Part shown: piece by piece, positions 1 through 13,200 of the stretch | Position numbering within the stretch: position 1 is the first letter of the stretch | Layout of the letters: each line of letters starts with the position of its first letter | Origin: Acanthaster planci | Taxonomy: Eukaryota | Direction of reading: 5' to 3' | DNA: 64,000 bases | Assembly: GCF_001949145.1 (NCBI RefSeq) | Contig: NW_019091359.1 | Location: forward strand, 2,182,540-2,246,539 | Notes under the pieces: generated by a model | Told to the model about the DNA's origin: nothing | The model's database searches: none | The model's input: only the letters and a program-made list of their open reading frames with translations | Program-made: the position numbers and the translations under genes

Positions 1-499
1 CATCGGATACCCCCCTCGTGTGACTTGATGCACGGTTCGACTCTCACGTGATAAGGCATTGGAGTTTCCAGTCCCAATGCAATTCTGTTAGTTTTCCAAA
101 GAATATCTGTCTGTGATTGTTAGAAGCGCTCTCGCTTATGGAAGTTCGGAAGACCCGATTCCCTTCTTTTTGGGGGCGTCATATTATGGAGAAGGGGTTC
201 TCTCCTGGCAAAAGGGGAAAACAAAACAGAAACGACGGAAATGAAAAAAAGGAATTGAAGGAGATGAAATCGTAAAATTGCTTTAGTTAAAACCTGGAAT
301 CTGACCCCCTCCACTGTTAATTATTTATCATTTCTTGGCTGATGAATGGTATGCCCGGAAATTCTTTTAAAGTTCTCATCTGTTAAAGTTTCCTCCCCTT
401 TTAATTTCATTCACAATCATATTTACATAAAGAGGATTTTAGCCTGATTTTGGAGCACTTATATAATTTAGATCAGGGAGTTAATTAAGATACTTCTGT

Positions 500-780
500 G
501 TGTCTGCAATGGAGGGGCACATGGAAAAACAACTTGAGGAGTTAATTCATGGCGATATCACGATCCACGGGCTGTCTGACAAAATCCAGGAGTGGAGTGC
601 TCGTCACTTTCACCGACATCCCGAGCTGCTAGCAAACAAGGTCATCCCATGGGAGCCTTCCAACGACAGGCCAAGACGACGGTCAAGGTCCTCGTGGAAA
701 ACACCAAAGTTGAACTTCAGGACTGAAGTAGACTGACCATCTGAATGGGTGACTGTTAACCACGTGTGCCACAAGCCCAG
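500..780 (+). mobile_element. Degenerate 3' coding remnant of an RTE-clade LINE
   Basis: EELIHGDI..LSDKIQE...HFHRHPELLANKVIPWEPSNDRPRR resembles the RTE ORF C-terminus (EELYGDL..I.ERRL..AGHC.RHPE..A.K..LWEP..G.R.RGRP); recalled motif, not searched. Confidence 0.6.
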
Positions 781-1084
781 GTTGGACGCTGTCTTCATTT
801 CATAACGACTTTAGTACGGTCAGCTAGTCCACCTGGGCTGGTGTGCCACGGTCATTATGCATCGTGCTCGTCTCAAGCCATGATTTCAGTCATCTAACCG
901 ACTGATATGCTGACTAAATCAAGATTGGGAAATTTAAATCTGCGAAATATTTCCCTTGCCCTTCTAAAACAGCGTCAGAGACTCGTACACGTCCGCGCAC
1001 CCAGTGAATTTTACTCAAGTTTTGTTTGTCTTCTAGATATTTTTTTAGCGCTCAGCTCGATGTGTTGTCACCTAGCGTGTCAAC

Positions 1085-1113
1085 AGAGGGCGCTTTATTA
1101 ATTCTTCACGTGA
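1085..1113 (+). promoter_or_regulatory. WASHC4 proximal promoter motifs (CTCF-like AGAGGGCGC; TCACGTGA E-box)
   Basis: caacAGAGGGCGC at 1081-1093 and palindromic TCACGTGA at 1106-1113, 55-85 bp before the ATG in a CpG-containing segment. Confidence 0.4.
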
Positions 1114-1167
1114 TGTGATGTCAGACGAATCGGATGGGATGTGGCTTTGACCTTAGCTCTAGTAAAC

Positions 1168-1225
1168 ATGGCAGCTCAAGCCAAGCAAGGTTGGGATTTC
1201 GACAAATTCGACGACGGCTCTTTAA
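1168..1225 (+). CDS. WASHC4: WASHC4 exon 1
   Basis: aaacATGg start; [19 protein letters not shown]; donor gtaagt. Confidence 0.9.
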
Positions 1226-4200
1226 GTAAGTGATCAAATTTCAGACATTTGGTACTGCCAGAGAGTTGATGGTGCATTCATTAAGTTTTTGTTGCAACTT
1301 GACTGTCGGGCTTAAGGCTTTCCACTTTGTTCAGACATGTCAGATTCGGATGCGTTTGCAATTGCATGGCTTATGCCATTAGGCCCATTTTTGGAATGCG
1401 ACCGTACTTCAATCATATTATTGAATGTGTGTGTTTAGCGCAATCTTGAACCTTGTGCAAATGTACTGTACTCCATCCTCAGTTGATCTGTTGATTTGCC
1501 TTTGAATAACATCTATTCACAGGATTGAAAAAATGTTGCATCTTGACTCCCGACTCCACTTCAGCAGTTGTGTACAAAGTCTATGGGGAGTGTCAGTGAA
1601 GAGAATTTTCCAAGTATTTCCAAACAACATTGGTAAATGTTTCTCTGTCCAGAATTTGTGTCTTTCCAGCATTTCTGTAATGACTGACTTTTATTGAGGT
1701 GATATGTGATGAGAAAAGTGGAGTCAGGATGCAACATTTTTTTCCCATAGGATAATCAACTCAGAACGGAGTACAATAAATTTATGCAAGGTTGAAGATT
1801 GCGCTTGACGGACTAATAATGTCTTTTGCCCGGTTTTGGCAATTTTCTAGACCTTTACTTCGTACATCATGTTCGTACATGTTGCACTTGGGTCATAACA
1901 CTGTGTGGGTAATTCCAGAAATTAGGGGTCCAAAAGTTTGACATTGTTGTGTCCCGGTTACATCTGACCTTTGTTATGGGGCAGCGCGGACATCCAGGAG
2001 TTTCACAAAAAATTGGGGTAGCAACCACACCGCGGCCGATGAAAACAACTGCAACAGGCACACGCACGCCTACGTACAGATCAAAGAAAAGATTGTATAA
2101 CCCGATCCTCAGACTGGCTGGTGCGTGCGTACGTCACCAAGATTGCTGTTTTCACCGGTGCAGTACCTCTCATTTTGTGAGAATTCGGATGTCCGCGCTG
2201 CCCCATATGAGATGGAAATATCACCGGAATTGATTCCGAACTATTACTAATTTGTTGGCAGATAATTTGTATTAATTCATCACTCTTGGAAATTAGAAAA
2301 TGTGTTCTGAACTTACAAAATCATATGTCAGATGTGACAGGGACACACACAAAAATGGATCCCTAATGTCTGGAATTCCCATGTGTTAATTGAATCCAAC
2401 CAGTGGGGTAAATACATGTAACTAGTGACTCAATTGAAAAGAGTTTCATAAGCAGACATCACTTGACACCCTGCACACACACCCCTCGTGAGACTAGTCT
2501 GGAAAATTCAAAGTGTTCTCTAAGTAGATGTTTCAGCATTTTCACAGCTAAAATTGACTTATTAGGGTATGCTATCATTTTCTGATGGCTATTAACTAGG
2601 CCTACTGGCTGAAAGGGGAAATTAGTGATGTCCGTATATGAAACTTTTACACGTCTTACTGCACAAATTACTCTTGTTTAGTAAATATTCCCATGAGAGC
2701 CATTGTGTGGTACATATTGCTTCTGAAAGTTTCATTAAAGTGGTTTTATACCATCAGCACGAGACCGACCATTTTTTGAAAAATCAGAGTTTTGCTCACA
2801 AGTCTATCATTCTCCACCGAGTTACAATCACACCGTACTTTGTGTGCATCACATCGCATGTGCTAACTCTGCATGTTGGCTCGATCATATTCGAGGGGAG
2901 ATGACATCTTTTTACCTTGTCACATACACGGTACGGTGCATTTCGCGCCTCTCAATCCCCCATCTCAGTCCAGGCACACAGTAAGGACAGTCGTTGGACC
3001 CAAAACAAGATTCCGACCCCTCATCTCCAGAAATGAAAACCAGGGTGTGTTCAAGTTTCTGATAAGTGGTACTTGTACATGTACGTCTTACATTTGCATG
3101 ACGAAAGGGGTACCACAATGACCCACAGGTTGTTCAAAAGAAGCTCTGACCCCCTTTTGCTGAAAACCTTTCCGTCATTTTTTTTACTCATACAGAAATT
3201 GTTGGGGAGGTTCAACTGAAGAAGTATGGAAAATTCCTGGAGGACTACGCCACTCAACTCAAGGGCATCGAAGATGCCTTGGATAGCTCCATTGGAGACA
3301 CCTGGGATTTCACCCTTGACCCCATATCATTGCAGGTAGGAAACACCCCTCGCAAATTGATCAACTCTAACCTTCAAGCATCTTTCAAAATCTATCCAAA
3401 GGTTTTGAAGGATTCTGCAGGTTTGAGGAAGGTACAACTTACTGATCCATAGATCCTGTAACAAGAACTGAAATAAGTTTAACTAATCAAAATTTCTCAT
3501 ACAGCAAAATTTGCTTACCTTGGACGAGATAGTACTGCCAACATACCTCCAAAAAAGTTCCAATCGATATAAAACATCTTGTTTAAATTTTGCAGAATCA
3601 GATTTTTAAGATTAAAAAAAATGGATTTAAAAGAAAATAGCTAAGATCTCTAACAATGTCAATAATTGTGGCTTCTAGCTGTATGTAAAAAATATGCATC
3701 TGTACATACATGTATTGCCCTTTTGAAAGTTAAAATTTTCAGCCAATATATTTTCCAAGAGTGATTGAAAGCTGAAATTCCTGTATAATGTACATGTATG
3801 TACATGTATACGTGTTGTCAACTGAGATGGGTCATAGGATTACCTGTGAAACGTTAGCTTCATTCATTACATGTGCACCTAATGTATAATATATTGCCCT
3901 TTGCAATTTCGAAGCCCACATGGTATCCATGGTATGACACATGTTTATTCACCCAGGAAGAGGCAATAAAGATATCCATCGACAGCATGTAAGGTTTTAA
4001 TGATAAGCAGAGAATTGGGTTTGTTGGTGTCTCTGAAGCACTCAAAGATTTTGAAGTTGAGGTTGAAGTATTCGCATGGCAAAATTAGATGTACCTGTAG
4101 GGACACGTTTTTTATCCAAAAATGGGAGTATAACGGCAATTTTCTTTGATGAGGGACAGAGGTGGATTATTTACAAATCTGGGGCCTACATGTACATAAG

Positions 4201-7200
4201 CTAGGATACTGGGAAGGGTTTTGCAGAAAAAAGGGTCATTATTTCAGGAAAACTCCACACAGGATTTGGGACGGGGAACAGGGGTTTTCCCCAATACTGA
4301 AGTTATCCACCGGCAGTTTGATTTCCAAGTAGATGTACATAAACTTACCTGTACATGTACAGTACACATCTACATATCTTAATCAAATGTATTTGAGTTG
4401 TGATTAAGTTGCGAGTCCTGTTTAGGACCAATACAAGTGTCATTTTAGCAAAGTCAGCCTACAACATAGACTTCCCAACCTTAATAGATCAACATTTATC
4501 ACAGCACTTTGGTCTCTTAACAAGAAGGGAAGGGAATAGCGTGGAGAAAGTCATCGTGCAGGGGAAAGTCAAAGGGAAACACAGATTGGGACACACATAT
4601 GCTGAAGTGCCCACATCAAATGAAGACATTCACTGATATGCCAATCAATGTTGCTGGCGGAGAAACCCTGCGTCAACTCTATTGTGTGCACCACCAAGCA
4701 TCAGCCACGATGAGATCAACTGCAGCCCATCTCTGCCGAGTCAGAATTTGTCATTCATGTTTTTGCTCAGAGATGCAGCATAAAAGTGTTCATGATTGCA
4801 TGTGGCTATTTTGGAAATTTAGTCATCAACTTTTTTTGTCTCTCTCTTACATAGTTCCTGCCCTATGAACAGACGAACATCCTGGAACTCATCAAGACAG
4901 ATAATAAGGTCAGACTTCCACTTTTCATGATTTTGACTTTTGACTGTTTTGAATTTTTGTCTTTGTTTGTTGTCTTTGATTATCTGCTCGCTGATTTGTT
5001 AGTTGGTGCCAGAGTTAACAATAATTCTGTATTTCATTGGCTGTTTTTAATTTTTTTATTTACATTTGTTACTTCCTCCTTCAATTGATTTTTGACTTTG
5101 TCCAATATTTGCCAAGGCATTTCTTGTAAATATTTCATCTGTTCGTCTGAAAAATGGAATTCTTCTTTTGCGGCGGCTTTGCATTTCATTTTCTTACTTT
5201 TAAGCAGTGAAAAATTGAAATTGTTGATTTACATTTTATCTGTAGATCTTCAACAAGGTGATAACAGTTTTTGCCAGCCTGTGCTGTGAGATGAACACGC
5301 TGAAACATGAGGTAGGTTTGTGTTTACGTATTGGCCTTTGCTCTAATCGGGATATTTGTGAAGGATTATCCTCTGAACTGAAATGAAATGCAAAACATGA
5401 GATGTTTCTCATATAACAAGCTTGACAAGGCCAAAGGCTCGGTGGTGTGTTTACCCTCGCAAAAAACATGCGCCCCCCTCGTAGACCTGTAATAAAAAGA
5501 GATGTACATTGGGAGTCATGTGCCTAAGAAAGACCCTGCAGAGTTGCAGAATTGCGTGCCTGTGACGTTGTTGCAAGCTGAAAATCTTCCTTTTTCCATT
5601 TTCTGAAAGCACAAAAACCCCAAGAAAATTACTAATGTACATGTATCCTTGTTTGACATGGATTGTATGAATTGCACTTGATTTATGAGGACGTTACTCT
5701 GTCCCCACAATGTTTTCAGTCCTCACAACATCAGTGTTATGACAAATGTGTGTCTCCACAACCACGGAACGAGTACATGTATGTGTGAGCAGGCCTTCAC
5801 TTAGTTAAAGGGACTACATCCATATCTTGTGCTAGGCGAATTAGGAACAAGTTGTGAGGATACTTCTCACTCCCTGCAACGTGTTTGGTCCTCACAAAAT
5901 TGGTGTAATGACAAGTGTTTGTCCCCACAACTATGGAACAAGTACATACATGTTTTAACTTTTTTACAGGTGCATTTCACTTTGAGAAATTCTTAGTAAG
6001 CCAATTGTGATGCATTCTTTGATGTTACAGGAGTTCTTGCCAGTTTTGTCTGTCACCCTGTTGGTGGCCGTAGGTGTTATTGCCTCATCCTTTGTAGCAG
6101 AAACTTCACTTCCCTTTTAACCTTTTGGTGTCTCGTTTGTAATTTCATAGGCTGAAATCAAGTTCTACCCCGGTGTCATGTTCTATGGGGAAGGAGGTAA
6201 GAGAGTGTCCTTTCACAAGTATGAATTTGCTTTTGGGTGTGGAAAAATTTTCATTTATTTATTACCATCGGGGAAATACTGCCGACGTGACAGTCCAATT
6301 TCTGTGTTTGGTTTCTTTTATAGTGTACATTAGAATAATTTGTTTATGATGATTGACGATTACATAGAGATAGTGGGACCAGTGCAGGTCCTCGGAACAT
6401 GAAGCACATATACACGCTACAACAGAAATGATCATGTACACAAGGACGATGTATGCATGACAAAAATGACATGCATGACAGGTGCAGTGGGATGACAACC
6501 AACAACTTTGGGTTAACAATTGATGATTCTCATACCAATTGTTCCAGAGCCTGAGACTGGTCTTGAGGAAGGCGAAGCACAGGTGCAGATGGGTCGTATG
6601 ATGCCGTTCATGCAGGTATGAAAGCAAGGTTCAGCACTTCCGTTTTGAATCTGTTTTAGTCTAAAAAAAACTTCATATATGCATCTGAATATACAGACTA
6701 GTAAAAAGAACTAGAGCTTGACTGGACAGCATTTCTGTCGTCCAGTTACATTTCCCCAAATATGGGAATGAAAACAGAAATATACTCTAGCTGCACTGAG
6801 AAAGATCTTGCTGGGATCCAGAAACACACCCCGTCAAATTATTAGAAAGGGTTTGTTTTCATGTTACATCACTTTAGTAAGCAGCACATCTGATCCCATA
6901 GCTTTCTGTGTTGTAATCAAATGTGAGCTAAGTTTGCACCTGCAGTAAGGAACATTTAGAAAAAGTATTTTGATTTTGTGGTTGTGAAGGTTGAGTCACC
7001 GGAGACCTGATTGATTCAGCAGTTCTGCCTCCTTTCAAGTCTTTCTTTAATTCTTGTCTTGCAGAACTTAAAGTTGTTTTTCCGCCCATTTTTCTAGGAA
7101 CTGTCCTGTTTCATCAACCGTTGTTATGAAGTCGTCAGGAGCACAGTCCACCAGCTTGCCTCGTTGTACAACAACTCAAAGTAAGTAGCAAAGCTCGCTC

Positions 7201-10200
7201 TTCATTTTCACACCTGGATCACTTCTGTCTGAAACATCAGGATTTGAAAGACGAATTGCCGTCAACATATGAACAGTTCTCCCAAATTTCTTACAGACAT
7301 GTAATAATAAGTTAAATTTCTGAAAATTTATAGGATTGTAGTTGTTTCATGAGCACCATGCCAAACAGTGCCTTTTAACTTTGCCAGGAAAAAAAAAGAG
7401 AGAATGGCTAATTTGGCCTTTTGAGTGACATGAATTGTTTGGCGTTAGAAAAGTGGAGTTTTGCATAAGCCTTTCCAACTACTTCCAGTTCACAAACGAT
7501 GATAAAACGTGTACTTTATGAATGCTGAATGAACAGTATGATATAGAAGACCCCTTCTGATAATGGACATTGTTCTGTGTATTCTTCATGTGGGGCACAA
7601 GACTTTTAAAATTTGAGTAATCTTGGAGGTTAGAATAAATCCAATAAATCAAGTGACCATTTCAAAGTGGTAATACAGGCTTTTATCTCAGAACAATGCC
7701 CCAGAACTGCTAGTCTATTCCAATTGGAAGCATGTTTTCTTCAAATGGAACTTTCCAAATGGAAGGTGTAATTTCTGGGATACCCAAACAATGGAAGAAA
7801 ATTCACTACCGCCCCCTACAATAGAGGTTGTAAAGTGTGAGGCCCCTTATTCCTAAGCATTCTATCTTCATGAATAATACTCCCTTTTTTAAGTGCAACA
7901 CAATGTTTTGATTTGGTCATGGGCGTTTCCTTTCAGAACGGCACCAAAGATTATTGACGTTACCCATGTGCATTTTCAGGTAAGTCTGGCAATGATGAAA
8001 CTAGAATAGCTAGTTTGAATCCTGACATTTATCTGCTTGAATTTATGTTAAATTCTTCAGTCGGAGATGATAAACCAGCATTGTAGACGCACTAGGAATA
8101 TAGACTTTATTCCCTGTCTTAAGTTGGCATATTTTGTTGGGCCTGTGCTAACATTAAAGGAAGAAAAATGGCTAATAATTCAGAAATTGTGCAAAGGTTT
8201 GATTGTTTCTCTTGAAAAGAGTGCAGTTGTCTCTGAGTTGAAAGTCCTGAACCAACAGGAGCAGTTTCTGTTTCTGTAAAGTGCAGATCAGAAAGAACGT
8301 GCTAAGCTGTTCAGGTTCATGCATCACTCAGTATGCGGATTGTGGAAGGTTTTCACTATTTTCCCAATATCGCTTCATCATGTAAAACCCATCCAACTAA
8401 GTTATGGCAGTCTGGTTTGGATTCTGAACTCTTTTCAACTTGTTTTTCTCCCAATTTGATCCTACTTATGACAGACTGTCTACGAACATCTTGGAGATAT
8501 ACTGCGTGTGCTTATCACTCTTGATGAGATTGTCGCTAACCAGTCGACTCTCAAAGACCATTGGACGCTCTACAAGAGGTGTGTACAGCCATCCCTCCAA
8601 TGAGATAAAAGACTGCCAACAAATTTGGGCACTCCTATAAACTCAGATGGTGTAACTAACAGTTCAGTTCTAATGTGACCAAATTTGTTGTAATAGTATT
8701 TTGCTGTCAGATGGGGACTGAGTTTACTCGTATCGATATATTTCTTCAATCATACTGTCGACCAACAATTCTTCAAATCACCTCAAATCTCAGTGTTTGC
8801 CTCATGAAACCAGACATTTAATTTTTGTTGTTTGAGGCACTTATCAATAAAGAAACATTTATTGTGTTTAGAGAAAGGCATCAAGTGTTATTTAAAATAA
8901 GTGTGAAATTCTGTACAAAATAACTTTTACAATCTGACTAATGCCAGTAGTTTACCTATATCCTGAAGTTTTGTAAGCTGCAAAAAAGCTTGGTGCTATT
9001 TGAATTTTACTTAAGGTTTTAAATACAGAATCCCTTTGATTTGTTCTGAGGAAGCAGCACATTGATTCTTTATCCACAAAATTTTTGTAGAATGCTGAAA
9101 TCTGTTCACCACAACCCCACCCGTTTTGGAGTGGAGGAATCCAAACTCCGCCCCTTTGAGAGGCTCCTGATGGGCCTGCAAGGCCAACTTCTGGACGGCA
9201 TGATATTTCAGGTGGGTGTGGGTAAATGGTTATTTGGAAGCCTGCAGCTTTTTCTTCTAAGTTGAAGGTTCTTTACACCTATGGGAATAATAAAGTCTAT
9301 AATATTTGCAGAAATAGCACATCTTATTGCATTCATGAATATACATGTGTGTGCACTTAGCATTTTCCTTATTGGTGCAGTAAATCATTTTCAATTTGAA
9401 GAATATGTGTTATATATGTACATGTAAATGGTTAAGCTATATATGAAGAAGGTCTTCAAAGATTGATGCCCCATCTCAGTTTTTTTTTCTCATTTTGTGA
9501 TGATTCAATGTGCCTTTTGATGTGCTTTTTTCAGAATTGCGTGGAGCAAGGCTTCGACAACAATAGTGTTCTTGTTTCCAAGAACTCCTTCTTTGCTGAG
9601 GAATTTGCCTTCAACATTCGCAACATGTTCACCCAGGTGGATCCAAAGATTGGTAAGTCAACTGACTGATGCTGAACAATGTCATGAGATCAGTCACAAG
9701 ACCAGACACATGACCACTCGCAAGACCAGACACAAGACTAGACACAAAACCAGTCATAAGACCGGACATGAGGCCAGACACAAGACCAGTCACAAGACCA
9801 GACACAAGACCGGTCGCAAGGCCAGACACAAGACCAGTCACATTACCAGTTGCAAGACCAGTCATAAGACCGGACATGAGGTCAGACACAAGACCAGTCA
9901 CAAGACCAGACACAAGACCAGACACAAGACCAGTTACAAGACCAGTCACAAGACCAGACACAAGACCGGTCACAAAGCCAGACACAAGACCAGTCACCAG
10001 AAACAGGGTGGACAATGACAAAGGAATGCTTTTGTTACAGTTCATTCGAATAGCTTGTGACTTGAATTCAGTGTGTTGGGCTCAGGATGGTCTTGTGGGA
10101 TCTTAATGGCTTGAAGGGATCTGGACTACAACACTGAGGCTATGTACTAGAAACAAACTCATTTCAAGGAGGCGGGAGGAATAAACTGTATGTCTTGAGA

Positions 10201-13200
10201 AAACTGCAATCTCCTGTAATGATATTAGACGGTGACCAGACTGTCCAATCTTGTCACCGTTGTGTATGGGTGAGATTACAGCCATACATCCCACATGCTT
10301 CAATCACTCACTTTATTTGTGTGAATACAGGTGGATTTGCTATGGCTAACTGTGTGAAAATTATGTGCAGGCAGGACATCATGACCAGCTTTTAACCTGC
10401 CATTTATCAAAGTCACCTGAGTTGTCATCGGCAAAAGCTTCAGCCGCTTTTGTTAAAACAAATGTTATGTGACATAGTTGGAATATGTAGAATGAAGAAA
10501 ATCAATGATAATCGTTTTCATTTGCTTATAAAATTAAGTTAATCATGCACACCAGAAATGTATTTAAAGAACTTGAGTTTTCGTGCCCAAGCTCTTGTGA
10601 CCTTGACACACTGCATATAGCAGGTCAAACACTGACGATTTCTAAATGGAAGTGGAACTGTCAACATTTCTGCACAGGAGAGATTAATGAAATCAACCAG
10701 CGGCTTCAGTATGTTGGCATCTGCGGCCTGTATGTGCTTCACTTCCAGATCTTCCGTGTCATTGACAAGAAGATGTTCAAGTCACTCTGGGATGTCTACC
10801 GCAGGGTAAGACACTGCTTCAAGGCATACCACAGACTCCATAGGCTCTGGTCATGCCAACCTGAGCCGTTTTGACAAACAGTGGTGTTTTCATGTAAACA
10901 GGAGTCACTTTGAGCTCCAGCTATGTTTTGACCATAACCTTTGCAACGCAGTCCTGTTCAGACAATTTGTCAAGCCATTGTTAACTAAGGAGTACTTGAA
11001 CCAACAATTTTAAATTGCTTCACAGGTTTTCATTTAACAATAGAGTGACTGATATGCTCATATTCCCTTCATAAAAATATTCAGAAATGTCTTTGATGAG
11101 TGACATTTCAAGAAAATTTTGCCTGCAGCCCTTAATTTTTTCTTCTTCGTGTGTAGTGGGTTTTCACAGCTCCCAGAAAATTGTCACAAGTAATTTGCAA
11201 ACCACTCCACAAACAGATTTTGTCAGATTGAAATTAAAATTGAACATAACATTTTTCAGAGAGCACGGCTTATGATTCATAGCAACAAAAAAGAACAATA
11301 GCAATTCTGCCTCCCTTAAATTGCTGAAAAAATGGAGGTTTGAATACAGAGGATTGTTTCTTCTGTTCAGAGCTCATTCATATAATTATTTTCCCATGGA
11401 GTCTTCAGATATTTAATTTGTCATGAATCTAACAGCTGAGAGAAGCACATAGTTAGGACTCATTGAAAATCTGGCGGCACTCTCACCAGCACGTACATGT
11501 ACACTTGAGCTTCATCAACCGCCACGCCTTTCTCAAAACTTGTCGGTGTTCAACCTGAGCGTACGTCAGCAATATGGTCCCCAGAAACATTTGGCCGAGT
11601 GCCAGTATAACAAGAAATCCAATGAGAGAATTGAAGGCTATCGTGTTGGGCTGAAGAAACACAGTCACATGGAGGACCACAGCCACCGGCAGCCAAGCGA
11701 TCACAAATGCGAGGAAGTTAACGATGAAGTAAATTGTTAATTTGTGGTGCGACCTTGCAGGCTGCAGCCTGACTGGACTAGCCGAGTTGTTTTCCATCGG
11801 GGGACGGATGGAACGAAGGTGGACCAGTAATTGCCTCTCCTGGTTAATTTTTCGCTGTTGCCGTCGGGCAATTCTAATAAGAGCGACCATCAGGCATACA
11901 ATGGCAGTGATGCATGGAATAGCTACAATGTTCATGATGAAAATGGTTGAATATGACACCTTGGAGTTACCATCAAAGAAAATTTTGACTGAAGTGCTTT
12001 CATCATCGGTAAAGATCATCACTGATGTGTAAATGACCAAGCCGATGATTGCAGATACCGACCATAACACAGCAATGGCAAATGCACACCTTTTGGGTGA
12101 TGCCAAGCGAATGTATTTCAGTGGTTGGGAGACCTTTAAGTAACGGTCCGTTGCTATGGCAACTGAATTGATGATAAAGCTGCAGATAGCAAAATACATG
12201 TAGGCGCCAAAGGCCCCAAGGAGCTGCTTGGGTCGTTCTACAGAGAGAGGGGAGAGCATGAATCCTGCCCAGATGCATTGGATGCTGACTAAGAACTCCG
12301 AGATGCAGAGGCTTGCCAGCAGAACGTTGGACACGCTGTGGAGCTGTCTGCAGAGGACTACAGAGGCTACTATCCACAGGTTGATTATCGTGGTGATGGA
12401 GCCTATGATACCAGACACTAATATAATAAATATAGGCCACAGGCTCCACATAACGTCACGAGTTTGGTTGGAAGATAGTAATGCAGTCTCTGGTTCTGTC
12501 AAGTTCGTCATTAAGTGGCTTTTCAGTGAAGGACTGAAGGGTTCAAACACGAAGAAATAAGGATTGTTTAGCACTCACTGTTGTTCCAAACCAGTGTGTC
12601 AGTTCTCAGAATGTTCAAATCTGTAGGATGTCAGTTCTTGAGTCTTTGAAAATCTGTGACAAAATTGGTCCAACAGCTCTCCGTAGAAGCTAGAATGAAC
12701 CAAGCTAAACAAACTTTCCTTTGCGGAGGATCACGGGCCGTGTCTTCACAACCTCCATGTTAAGCGACACATTTATAAGTTCTGTCAGCTTTTCTTTGCC
12801 CCTGAAGAATGCTTCTTGTACGAAACATATCCTACCAGCTGCAACCTGCTGCCTGTGTAAGGAGAGAGAACATTCAATGTTACGATGCTGTGCAACAGGT
12901 GTCTGGGCTGGATGAGTGGTTTGTCTTGTTGAGAGACACCCCTTTTTCACTATAAAATGTTCATTATAAAATGCATCTAGTCATGAGGTAAATTTTGATG
13001 GCGTAATTAGTGGGGCCGCTCTCAGTAGTCAAATTAATTGGTTTCACTTCCTCCTAAAAGCTTCTTTGATTGCATCCTGTTCTTGAAAGTACTTTAGCTG
13101 GTTGGTGTGCCACTGGCAATTTGGCTCCTACAGATCAGGAATTTATGTCTTTGGAACAGTCCAATGTGAGTTGTCTGATGTCAGGCAATTGCAAATGAAC

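Noticed and set aside
9566..10106. ORFs 9566-10018, 9629-10045 and 9768-10106 encoding HKTR/GLVT/TRPD repeats
   Set aside because: By-products of the intronic 12-bp minisatellite. The true exon 11 frame is different and splices at 9652.
12150..12163. Perfect X-box GTTGCTATGGCAAC inside GPCR A
   Set aside because: Explained by the codons for VAIAT and not kept in copy B. It also shows that X-box matches can arise by chance.
12512..12574. Upstream non-ATG starts in the ORF track for GPCR A, GPCR B and the lectins
   Set aside because: Bacterial-style starts. The first in-frame ATGs give proper N-glycosylated N-termini or signal peptides.
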